Positions 47,398 to 56,165 of a stretch of 64,000 nucleotides of DNA are shown here, in pieces (the first letter of the stretch is position 1; each line of letters begins with the position of its first letter). The notes below the pieces were generated by a model that saw nothing but the letters and a program-made list of their open reading frames with translations, was not told where the DNA came from and did not search any database. The position numbers and the translations under genes are program-made. The DNA comes from an uncultured Calditrichaceae bacterium. GTDB lineage: Bacteria > Calditrichota > Calditrichia > RBG-13-44-9. The stretch covers positions 2,925-66,924 of the forward strand of contig CAYVKM010000009.1 of NCBI GenBank assembly GCA_964452045.1, in the 5' to 3' direction.

Positions 47398-50226
47398 TTA
47401 TTCCTTGATTTGGTTTATTTTATACTCATCTGCCCACTGAATAATATCCTGATGGAATCTGGCTTCGATAAATTGAGTACCCAAAATTTCATCCTGCATA
47501 TTTTCTTTCATTTTTTTAAAAAAAGTTATCGTCTTTTTCAGGGCCGGTAAAAATTTCCCATCATTTCTTGAAGCATGATAAAGACGAACGGCCTCACAAT
47601 TTAATAAATACTGTATTTGAGGTAAATTCCATTTTTGGGCAATTTTCTGGCCGGACCTGAATGACCTTTCTGCATCCTGATATTTTTTTTCAGATATATT
47701 TATTTTGGTGAGTAAATAATTTGCTGCGGCCTGGTATCGGGGTAGATTTTCCGACTTCTTTTTGATCAAACTGATTACACTCCGAAGATGATCTGCCCGA
47801 TTAACGGCGAAAAGCCAGGCACCGAGATAAAAAAGATAATTCAAATGATCTATTAAATTTTGCGACAGGTTCACTGCTTTTTTGGCATCCCGCAAAAATT
47901 TACGGGATTTATCATTCCGCATATTCTGCAATTCATAGTATGATAAATACAAATTCGACAAGAGGAGGATTTCCCTTGCTTTCTCCCTGGATGCCCAGGC
48001 AAAAGCCTGCTGTAAATACTCATAGGCCCTTAACATCCCATGTGCCAGTAAATATATATGTCCCAAATGAAGTTTTATCTCATATTGCTGCATCTGATAG
48101 TCAAATTGAAAACAAATTTCCAATCCCTGCTCCAGTGCCATTTTAGCCTCTCCGTAGCGGGCCTGTTCTTTAAACAACATGCCCAGCTGAATCAGTGTCT
48201 GGACACGCAGACTGGGTCTGTGTTGAACATAGAGATTTTTACCTTCCCTTCTCATTAAACTGATCGCCAACTGCCATTTTCCGAATTGGCTGTAGGTCTC
48301 TGTAAAATAGAGAGCAAGTTGAAAATGTATTTTCGGTTCATAAACCCGCAACAGATTGCGGCGAAGTTGAATACACAGCTTTAACGACTCCGGATATTTT
48401 TTTTCCAGCATATACAGTTTTATCAGGTCTAACAGTATTCCATCCAGATGTTCCGGTTTTTTGTTCAATTGCAACAACAGATCATAAATCTTCAGATTTA
48501 ATTTGATAAAATTTTCCTGATCATTTTTTAATAACTGTTTTAATTTTTTGTAGACTCTCAGAATATCTTCCGCCTGTTTTGCCTTCTGGTAGTAATTTAT
48601 GGCTTCTCGATAATTTCTACTGGCGTATTCAAAATGTCCAAGATTCGATTCAATGTCACCGGTGAATTCAACACACCTACCTTTGGAAGAAAAATCGCAA
48701 TATTTCTTGATTTGGGATTCTCTTATCAGATATCGTGCTTCCAGATATGCATCCATGGCAATAAGGGACTCCGCCATTTTCAGGTTAACTTCCACCCATT
48801 TTTGATGGGCTTCCCCTGCCGGTTCATTTTTCGTCTTTTCCAATAACAACGACCTTTGCCGTTTAAGAATCTCAAAAGCATTGTCAAAGGCACCTATGCG
48901 TAAATAGATATCACTCAATTTCCCAAGAATCCATTCAATATCCTTTATCTGATCTGAATTGAGATCCCACATCCTCACCAGAAAATACAGCCTATCCGCA
49001 GCCTGGGAGAACTTGTTCTGCTCCATCAACCATATTGCTTCCGCCCGGGCTATCTCAATGGCATTTTCTAATTTATCGATATCATACAAAAGGTGGGAAA
49101 TCTGATAGTTTCCCGATATTTTTCCGGTGTTGATTAAGCGGGAAACGTTTACCAGAATTTTCTCCAATTTTTCAACCGGTATATTTGTCCGTAACCAGTT
49201 TTCCCACTCTCGGAAATCAATACTAATAGCTGTCTGACCACCGAATACAGAAATTTTTCTGATAAAACCAGCATCCTCCCAGATTCTTAATATATCTCTG
49301 GGAAGCTTTAAATCTTTACAGATCACCTGTAGATCCGATTCGAGAATCGGATTTTCCAGCTGGGCAATGAATCCCAGCAAGGTCAGGGCGCTTTCATTCA
49401 TCCGACTGGTAGCAATTTGGAAAATTTGATCCCAATCTCCGGAAATTTTAATTTTCTTCAACTTCTGGATATTAAGCACTTCATCATCGGTACTCTCCAG
49501 CACGGATTTGTAAATCGTATTTGTTAAAAATCTGATTTTTAGCGGAATGCCAGCTGTTTTTAAATAGAGATGATTGGTAATAAGCCGCGCATTTAAAGGG
49601 CTGGTTTGGTAAAATTCCTGAATACATTTTTCGGTGGTTTGAATTGAAAGTTTTTCAAGAATAAAACGTTTACAGGGACCAAATTCGCGAAAGAAGGGAC
49701 CCGCTTCATCATAGGTAAATATAGTCTGGATAGGCAGGTAATTAAATTTATCAATAAACCTTTCCATCTTATCAATCTGAAAGCTGTCCGCATTCTGGAT
49801 ATTTTCAAAAATAAAGGTCAGGATATTTTTTTCTCCCAGATGATTCAAAAATTGAGAAAAAATTTCCTCGTACCAATCCGATTCATCGACTTGAAATTGG
49901 GGCAATTTTGCCAATTTGTTCTTTATATAAACTCGGGAGCCTTTACTAAACTTCTTAAGAAATATTCTGAACTCCGAATTCAGTAAGGTTTTGTTTTGCT
50001 GAAGAAATTCAAATATGATATCCTGCGGTTCCTGAACATTTTTCGCCAGATTAACTCTGGTAACGATAAAAACGTTTTTCTGCATCCGGGTTAAAAGAAA
50101 ATCCACGAAGGCGGACTTTCCGGCTCCCTTGCCACCTTCAATCAACACTTTCCTTCCGGGCGCCTGCACCGGTTGTCGGGCGAATTCAATCGCATTTTCC
50201 ATCAGACTGTCTTCAAACCAATGCAT
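47398..50226 (-). CDS. Large P-loop NTPase (STAND/AAA_16-like) with C-terminal TPR-like helical repeats
   Basis: Walker A GGKGAGKS, Walker-B-like FIFENIQNAD, KTAGIPL (GxP), then helical repeats (LG.IY...G...A patterns). Confidence 0.7.
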   Translation of the reverse strand: MHWFEDSLMENAIEFARQPVQAPGRKVLIEGGKGAGKSAFVDFLLTRMQKNVFIVTRVNLAKNVQEPQDIIFEFLQQNKTLLNSEFRIFLKKFSKGSRVYIKNKLAKLPQFQVDESDWYEEIFSQFLNHLGEKNILTFIFENIQNADSFQIDKMERFIDKFNYLPIQTIFTYDEAGPFFREFGPCKRFILEKLSIQTTEKCIQEFYQTSPLNARLITNHLYLKTAGIPLKIRFLTNTIYKSVLESTDDEVLNIQKLKKIKISGDWDQIFQIATSRMNESALTLLGFIAQLENPILESDLQVICKDLKLPRDILRIWEDAGFIRKISVFGGQTAISIDFREWENWLRTNIPVEKLEKILVNVSRLINTGKISGNYQISHLLYDIDKLENAIEIARAEAIWLMEQNKFSQAADRLYFLVRMWDLNSDQIKDIEWILGKLSDIYLRIGAFDNAFEILKRQRSLLLEKTKNEPAGEAHQKWVEVNLKMAESLIAMDAYLEARYLIRESQIKKYCDFSSKGRCVEFTGDIESNLGHFEYASRNYREAINYYQKAKQAEDILRVYKKLKQLLKNDQENFIKLNLKIYDLLLQLNKKPEHLDGILLDLIKLYMLEKKYPESLKLCIQLRRNLLRVYEPKIHFQLALYFTETYSQFGKWQLAISLMRREGKNLYVQHRPSLRVQTLIQLGMLFKEQARYGEAKMALEQGLEICFQFDYQMQQYEIKLHLGHIYLLAHGMLRAYEYLQQAFAWASREKAREILLLSNLYLSYYELQNMRNDKSRKFLRDAKKAVNLSQNLIDHLNYLFYLGAWLFAVNRADHLRSVISLIKKKSENLPRYQAAANYLLTKINISEKKYQDAERSFRSGQKIAQKWNLPQIQYLLNCEAVRLYHASRNDGKFLPALKKTITFFKKMKENMQDEILGTQFIEARFHQDIIQWADEYKINQIKE

Positions 50227-50368
50227 GTAACCGCTTTTTCTCCGATACTACTATTTTGTGGGTGATTAAAACCTTAAAAATTTATAGAAAATTAACTTTT
50301 GTGAAATCTATTTTTTCTGATTAGTAAAAGGCTTAACCAAATTGTTAAAGACACCTTCTGCCAGACAA

Positions 50369-51772
50369 TTAATCGATCTCTTCCATTACAGCCGTAAAAT
50401 GTCGCAGAAAAGGAGGCTCGTAAATCAGTTTCAATCCTTTTAAAGACTGTTTTTTATCCCGAATTTTAACCATTGCTTCAGCTACATATTCAAGATGTGA
50501 ACTGGTGTAGACTCGACGCGGAATAGCCAACCTGACCAATTCCAGTTCAGGATATTTCCACTGGCCGGTATTCGGATCCTTTGCAGCAAACATCAGACTA
50601 CCAATTTCCACCACCCGGATTCCGGCCTCCCGATACATCGCCACTGTGAGTGCCTGGCCGGGAAATTTGGATTGGGGAATATGGGGCAAGAATCGCTTGG
50701 CATCAATATAGACTGCGTGTCCTCCGATGGGTTTTACAATCGGGATTCCAGCCTCAGAAATCATATTTGCCAAATAAGCCGTATGTTGAATCCGGTACTG
50801 CAGATAGTCCTCGTGTAAAACATCCCGTAAACCGCGGGCTATCGCCTCCAGATCACGACCGGCTAATCCTCCGTAGGTGGGAAAACCTTCCTGAAGTATC
50901 AGTAAATTTTGCAGCTTTTGAAATAAATCCCCATCCCTCAGTGCAATAAATCCACCGATATTGACCATTGCATCTTTCTTGGCACTCACCCAACATCCAT
51001 CTGCGTAAGAAAACATTTCCTTTACAATTGAATGAATCGATTTATCAGCATATCCCTGTTCTCGCAGTTTAATAAAATAAGCATTCTCGGCAAATCGGGC
51101 AGCATCGATCAAAAGCTTTAGCTTATGCTTCTTACAAATTAGACTGATTTCTTTGATATTCTGTATGGATACCGGCTGTCCGCCACCACTATTATTCGTT
51201 ATGGTTAAAGCTACTAAGGGAATATTCTCTCTTCCATGTTCTTCGATGACCTTTTCCAATTTTTGGGGATCCATATTCCCCTTAAAGGGATGTTCCAGTT
51301 CGGGATCAAGACCCTCATCTATTACACAATCCAGAGCCACCGCACCTATAAATTCTATATTGGCCCGGGTTGTATCAAAATGAATATTGCTGGGAATAAC
51401 ATCTCCCTTTTTAGCCATTGTATGAAAGAGTATGTTTTCAGCAGCCCTTCCCTGATGCGTCGGGAGAATAAAATCAAAACCAAATATATCATTGACCGTT
51501 TCCTTCAAATGGTAAAAATTCCGGCATCCGGCATACGATTCATCTCCGGTCATTATTCCGGCCCACTGATTATCGCTCATGGCTGAAGTTCCGGAATCGG
51601 TTAACAAGTCAATAAAAATGGACTCTGCCGGCAGCTTGAATACATTAAATCCGGCCTCGCGGATCATATGGTCCCGTTCGGTCCGATCCAGAAGTTTAAC
51701 AGGTTCAACAACTTTAATGCGAAACGGCTCAATTGGTGATTTCATCCATAACCTCTTTTCAGACTTGTTCAT
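50369..51772 (-). CDS. tnaA: Tryptophanase
   Basis: EPFRIKVVE, DLLTDSGT, HQGRAAE, SAKKD (PLP Lys), GFPTYGGL, GGHA, RLAIPRRVY, LRHFTA (His, as in tryptophanase; tyrosine phenol-lyase has SGKKD/LRFFTA). Confidence 0.9.
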   Translation of the reverse strand: MNKSEKRLWMKSPIEPFRIKVVEPVKLLDRTERDHMIREAGFNVFKLPAESIFIDLLTDSGTSAMSDNQWAGIMTGDESYAGCRNFYHLKETVNDIFGFDFILPTHQGRAAENILFHTMAKKGDVIPSNIHFDTTRANIEFIGAVALDCVIDEGLDPELEHPFKGNMDPQKLEKVIEEHGRENIPLVALTITNNSGGGQPVSIQNIKEISLICKKHKLKLLIDAARFAENAYFIKLREQGYADKSIHSIVKEMFSYADGCWVSAKKDAMVNIGGFIALRDGDLFQKLQNLLILQEGFPTYGGLAGRDLEAIARGLRDVLHEDYLQYRIQHTAYLANMISEAGIPIVKPIGGHAVYIDAKRFLPHIPQSKFPGQALTVAMYREAGIRVVEIGSLMFAAKDPNTGQWKYPELELVRLAIPRRVYTSSHLEYVAEAMVKIRDKKQSLKGLKLIYEPPFLRHFTAVMEEID

Positions 51773-51808
51773 TAACTTTTGGTAAGCTTAAGGAATTAAC
51801 CATTCGAT

Positions 51809-52174
51809 TTACAACAGGTTCTTTATCAGATTTTGAAATTTTTCAATTGTAAAAGGCTTGGCCAGAAACATTGCCCCGTCATCAACCAGTACTCTTTTCA
51901 GTTCATCAGAGACATTCAGGCCGCTGGTAAAGATCGCTTTTCCCCGAAAATCCGGATTATGTTCAACGATATCCTTATAGAGCTGAAGCCCAGTTTTATC
52001 GGGCAGGGTAAGATCAATAATAAAATAGTCAAATTTATTTTGTTGCATTGTTTTGATTGCCTTTTCCGCATTTTCAGCAATCTGACCCTTTGCGCCAAAA
52101 ACTTCGATCATATTCAAAATGATTGCTGACAGATCGGATTCATCTTCTATTATTAAGAAATTTTTTAATTCCAT
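51809..52174 (-). CDS. Single-domain response regulator (REC)
   Basis: LIIEDE, IIDLTLPD, FTSG, FLAKPF. Confidence 0.9.
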   Translation of the reverse strand: MELKNFLIIEDESDLSAIILNMIEVFGAKGQIAENAEKAIKTMQQNKFDYFIIDLTLPDKTGLQLYKDIVEHNPDFRGKAIFTSGLNVSDELKRVLVDDGAMFLAKPFTIEKFQNLIKNLL

Positions 52175-52340
52175 GGTAATTATACCTCAGTATTCCCGCG
52201 AATTTGATTCTCAAAAGACCACTATATCCGTATTAATAAAATAATAAAAAACTTCTGATTTTCCATAGGAATATTCATTTAGGATACACCGTTTCCTGAA
52301 AGCAGAAATTAGATATCCGTCAAAGAGTGAGTAAAATGTC

Positions 52341-52397
52341 AAAAAAATAAAAACCGGACAGCGACCTTTTTAAATTTCAGAATCACTACCCGGTTTT
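52341..52397 (-). terminator. Probable intrinsic terminator after tatA
   Basis: Minus strand AAAACCGGGTAGTGAT...GTCGCTGTCCGGTTTT (with G-U pairs) followed by TATTTTTTT. Confidence 0.55.
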
Positions 52398-52516
52398 AAA
52401 ATGGGAAGAATTTCAAAATTTGAACGAAGAAAAAATCCTTTCCGTAATCTATGTTTCGTTAATCTACTAACTGTTCAATCTGAAAAAGTAAAATCGAATT
52501 CTCTTTATGAATACCG

Positions 52517-52765
52517 TTAACCTGCTAAATCGTCCTTTGCAGATGATTTCTCTTCTTTCTTGTTCCCGGTGCCAACTTCGCTCTTCGGCACATTTTTGTC
52601 GTCTTTGGTGACATCAAGATCATCTTTTATGTTCTGAGTGGCATTCTTAAACTCATTTATCGAACGACCCAGAGACTTTGCCAATTCCGGTAAGCGTTTG
52701 GCGCCAAACAGGATCAGGATAATCAAAAAGATAACAATTAATTCAGGAGGACCAATTCCAAACAT
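52517..52765 (-). CDS. tatA: Twin-arginine translocase TatA/E
   Basis: MFGIGPPEL.VI..IILILFGAKRLPELAKSLGRSINEFK. Confidence 0.95.
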   Translation of the reverse strand: MFGIGPPELIVIFLIILILFGAKRLPELAKSLGRSINEFKNATQNIKDDLDVTKDDKNVPKSEVGTGNKKEEKSSAKDDLAG

Positions 52766-52841
52766 ATTTACTTCCTTTTTATTAATTACAACTAAAATTA
52801 ACTGAAAAAAACCAAATTAGCTATATATTTTTATGAAATCT

Positions 52842-53105
52842 TTACTGCGTCCATCTCAGGAAATAAGCGGCTATTCCAATCCCCAAAACACCGATCACAT
52901 TTATTTTAACGCTAAAACCAAGGGTAAAGGTCAGAATAATAAGATTGAGTGTTGCCGGACCGACGCTAAATACCGCTGCTCTCAGGAAAAATTCTTTCAC
53001 CACACCTACCGGTAAAATTAATGCTAATACCTCCCCCAGCGCGCTTCCAACAAAAGCTCCCAGTAAAATGATGACTAGTATCCAGCCTAAACTTTTTTTG
53101 CGCAT
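52842..53105 (-). CDS. DUF4321 family membrane protein
   Basis: LGA.VGS.LGE...LP.GVVK.FFL...L.L.ILTFTLG...K.N. Confidence 0.82.
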   Translation of the reverse strand: MRKKSLGWILVIILLGAFVGSALGEVLALILPVGVVKEFFLRAAVFSVGPATLNLIILTFTLGFSVKINVIGVLGIGIAAYFLRWTQ

Positions 53106-53125
53106 GGAGTATCTCTCCCAAAAAA

Positions 53126-53806
53126 TTAATTTTTTAAAGACTCAAATATGTATCGCCCGTCATCGGATCCAAGTAACAATTCCATTGCCCGTTCCGGATG
53201 AGGCATCATTCCCAGAACATTTCCCTGTTTGTTGATAATCCCGGCAATATTATCCAGCGATCCATTGGGATTAGCTTCCGGTTTTGTTTCTCCATATTGA
53301 TCTACGTATCGAAAAATTATTTGTTGATTATCCTGGAGTTCATTTAGACCTTTCTGGTCAATAAAATAATTGCCTTCCCCATGGGCGATGGGAATTTTTA
53401 GAATACGTTTTGATTCCAAAGATCTGGTAAAATGAGTATTTGAATTTTCTGTCCGGATAAAAACATGACGACAGACAAAGCGTAAATCCTGGTTTCTCTT
53501 CAAAGCGCCAGGTAAAAGCCCGCATTCAGAAAGAATCTGAAAGCCGTTGCATATGCCCAGTACAGGTTTGCCATTTCCGGCAAAACGGATAACCTCATTC
53601 ATGATCGGGGAAAATCTGGCCACAGCTCCAGCCCTGAGATAATCTCCATAAGAAAAACCACCGGGCAGGACAACCGCATCATAACCATCCAGAGAGACAT
53701 CCTGATGCCAGATGAAATCTACCTGAAATCCCATCACTTTTTTCAGGGCATAGAACATATCATGATCACAATTTGATCCGGGAAAAACAACCACGGCGTA
53801 TTTCAA
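53126..53806 (-). CDS. purQ: FGAM synthase glutaminase subunit
   Basis: [44 protein letters not shown]. Confidence 0.97.
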   Translation of the reverse strand: MKYAVVVFPGSNCDHDMFYALKKVMGFQVDFIWHQDVSLDGYDAVVLPGGFSYGDYLRAGAVARFSPIMNEVIRFAGNGKPVLGICNGFQILSECGLLPGALKRNQDLRFVCRHVFIRTENSNTHFTRSLESKRILKIPIAHGEGNYFIDQKGLNELQDNQQIIFRYVDQYGETKPEANPNGSLDNIAGIINKQGNVLGMMPHPERAMELLLGSDDGRYIFESLKN

Positions 53807-53807
53807 T

Positions 53808-54053
53808 TTATTCCCCTGTTATTTCATAGGTAAAATCTTCGATTACCGGATTAGCCAGCAACTTCCGACAAGCTTCCTCAATTTTTTGAGCAGCAATCGC
53901 TTTATCAGATTCTGCTATCTCCAGTTCAATGAGCTTTCCGATACGAACATTCTGGATATTTTTAAATCCGAGGTGATCCAGAGCGTTATTAACCGTTTTT
54001 CCCTGTGGATCGAGAATTCCCTTTTTTAATCTCACATTAATCACTGCTTTCAT
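53808..54053 (-). CDS. purS: FGAM synthase subunit PurS
   Basis: [20 protein letters not shown]. Confidence 0.96.
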   Translation of the reverse strand: MKAVINVRLKKGILDPQGKTVNNALDHLGFKNIQNVRIGKLIELEIAESDKAIAAQKIEEACRKLLANPVIEDFTYEITGE

Positions 54054-54790
54054 TCTTTCTTGTCCTTTGAACTTTTTTGATTAGCTGAATCCTGGTTTCT
54101 AAAAATAGCCCAGATCAAACCTACCGGCCCGGATAAAACATAAAGCGCGGACAGCGGGAAAAATGATTCCTGGGGGAAAATGGCTATCAGGAGAATCCCA
54201 GTTAACACCACTAAAAACTTACGACGATTCGAGGCGCTGCTCTGAAAGGTTAAATTCGGGAAAGTGGCAAATCGAAAGCCGGTGACCATCATAATTGACA
54301 CAGCAATAATAATAAATAGGAATACTTTTTCCCAGCGCAGATAACCCCAGATATTAAAATTAAAGATCACAAATGTTGAAATAGTGACTGCGGCTGCCGG
54401 AATGGGCAAACCTTCAAAAAATTCTTTATCGAATTTCTTTAACCGGACATTAAAACGAGCCAGACGGATGGATCCGAAAACAAGTGGTCCGAAGCTAATT
54501 AGGAGTCCGATCATTCCCCAGGATTTGAACGCTACGCTATAAACCAGGAAGGAAGTGGCAAAGCCAAATGATATAACATCCGCTAGCGAATCGTATTCCA
54601 CGCCAAACTGTGAGGAAGATTTGGTAAACCGGGCAACTTTGCCATCAATGGCATCCAACACTGCCGCTGCTACAATCAGCCATGATGCCTGAACAAATTT
54701 GGCATTGGTTGCCAAGATAACCGAAAAGTAACCACAAAACAGATTGGCCATGGTCAAGGCGCTTGGAACCCAGGTTGTTTTTACCTTCAC
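54050..54790 (-). CDS. pssA: CDP-diacylglycerol--serine O-phosphatidyltransferase
   Basis: DAIDGKVAR......FG.EYDSLAD.ISFG, RLARFN, F.GLPIP. Confidence 0.93.
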   Translation of the reverse strand: MKVKTTWVPSALTMANLFCGYFSVILATNAKFVQASWLIVAAAVLDAIDGKVARFTKSSSQFGVEYDSLADVISFGFATSFLVYSVAFKSWGMIGLLISFGPLVFGSIRLARFNVRLKKFDKEFFEGLPIPAAAVTISTFVIFNFNIWGYLRWEKVFLFIIIAVSIMMVTGFRFATFPNLTFQSSASNRRKFLVVLTGILLIAIFPQESFFPLSALYVLSGPVGLIWAIFRNQDSANQKSSKDKKE

Positions 54791-55440
54791 TTAAATTCCC
54801 CCAGAATTGTTTCGCCACCTTTTACTTTATCTCCTAAACTCACCTTCAAATCCACTGTGGCCGGATCGAAGTAAACATCCACTCTCGACCCATAGCGGAT
54901 CATGCCCATGCGGTCGCCTGCCGTTACCTGATGTCCCTCCCGCAAAGTGCAGACAATGCGTCTGGCAATGATACCGGCAATCTGGGTAAACATGACTTTC
55001 CTTAGTGAGCTATCCACAATACCAATTGCCGTTTGTTCGTTATCCTCAGACGCCTTTTCATTAAAAGCCGGCAGAAATGACCCTTTATTATAGCGAAAAT
55101 ATTCTACTTTTCCGGAAACCGGGACCCGGTTGACATGCACGTTGAAAACAGACAAAAATATACTGATCCTTTTGGTCTGGGCCTTAAAAAATTCATTTTC
55201 TATTACTTCGGCGATTTGGATGACTTTACCATCCGCCGGGGATAATATCGCATTCGGATTCTGCGGTATCTTTCTATCCGGATCGCGGAAAAAGAACAAA
55301 TTAAAGATGCTAAAAACCCCAATAATTAGTCCCAATACGGATAATACCGGATTTTTTAGGATATAAGCTAAAACCACAAAAATCCCAAAAATTATCCAGC
55401 TAGCCAGAACCAAAACTATGCCAAATTTAGTTATAGGCAT
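54787..55440 (-). CDS. psd: Phosphatidylserine decarboxylase proenzyme
   Basis: FFRDPDR, SPADG, IFLSVFNVHVNR, NE, QIAG.IARRI, YGSRVD self-cleavage motif. Confidence 0.93.
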   Translation of the reverse strand: MPITKFGIVLVLASWIIFGIFVVLAYILKNPVLSVLGLIIGVFSIFNLFFFRDPDRKIPQNPNAILSPADGKVIQIAEVIENEFFKAQTKRISIFLSVFNVHVNRVPVSGKVEYFRYNKGSFLPAFNEKASEDNEQTAIGIVDSSLRKVMFTQIAGIIARRIVCTLREGHQVTAGDRMGMIRYGSRVDVYFDPATVDLKVSLGDKVKGGETILGEFK

Positions 55441-55449
55441 TTCAAAACC

Positions 55450-56151
55450 TTACTTTAATAAAATATCATGTAATTTCGGATAAACCTTTTTGGCTGATTC
55501 AGGTGTTATCTGATACATTTTTTTATCCAGCTTGCTGTCATCCTGCTGTGCCCAGACAACAAAAGTATCCGGGGAGATTTCATCGCCCAAAATAACCTGA
55601 TTTCCGGTTTTGCCAAATTCCAAAGTGAAATTGGCCAGGACTAACTGTTTCCTCTGGAAGAAGGATTTTAGAACGGCATTTACTTTGGTTGCAATCCGTT
55701 GAATAGTATTCATATCATTCCGGTCACAGAGTTCCAAAGCATAAGCATGATACTCATTAATCAACGGATTTTTTAATTTCGCATTTTTCAAATACATTTC
55801 AATTACCGGAGTATTCAGCATTGCTCCTTCCTTCAATCCCAAACGCTTTGCCAGCGATTCACTGGCCAGATTCCAGATGGTTAATTGAATGGGAATCATT
55901 TCCAGTTTCTTGACCAGAATGCTTTTCTCATCGAGTTTTTTAATATAATGGGTTGGAACATTATAACTGGCCAGGTATTCGAAAATAAGCGAGGTAATAT
56001 CTAAATTAATTGTTTTTTTACCCTTCAGAGTCACTTTTTTCGTACCGGTGACCGGTAAGTTATCCAGAAATTCCATCACCAGTTGTTCTTCATGATCAGT
56101 CCGGTATAATTTTTTGGTTTGTCCTTCTGCAAGTACATCTTGAATTTTCAA
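55450..56151 (-). CDS. purC: SAICAR synthetase (PurC)-fold protein with degenerate active site
   Basis: Overall PurC pattern (PTH, VKKLEMIP, SL.KRLG..EG, P.IN, LEFG, LGDEISPD) and position after purB; TTG start with GGAGG; many conserved residues substituted (see findings). Confidence 0.75.
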   Translation of the reverse strand: MKIQDVLAEGQTKKLYRTDHEEQLVMEFLDNLPVTGTKKVTLKGKKTINLDITSLIFEYLASYNVPTHYIKKLDEKSILVKKLEMIPIQLTIWNLASESLAKRLGLKEGAMLNTPVIEMYLKNAKLKNPLINEYHAYALELCDRNDMNTIQRIATKVNAVLKSFFQRKQLVLANFTLEFGKTGNQVILGDEISPDTFVVWAQQDDSKLDKKMYQITPESAKKVYPKLHDILLK

Positions 56152-56165
56152 GAGAGTCCTCCGGT

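Noticed and set aside
50369-51772. Tyrosine phenol-lyase
   Set aside because: SAKKD and LRHFTA match tryptophanase rather than TPL (SGKKD, LRFFTA).
52175-52516. tnaC-like leader peptide
   Set aside because: The short minus-strand ORF found (MNIPMENQKFFIILLIRI) has no Trp and is separated from tnaA by the REC gene.
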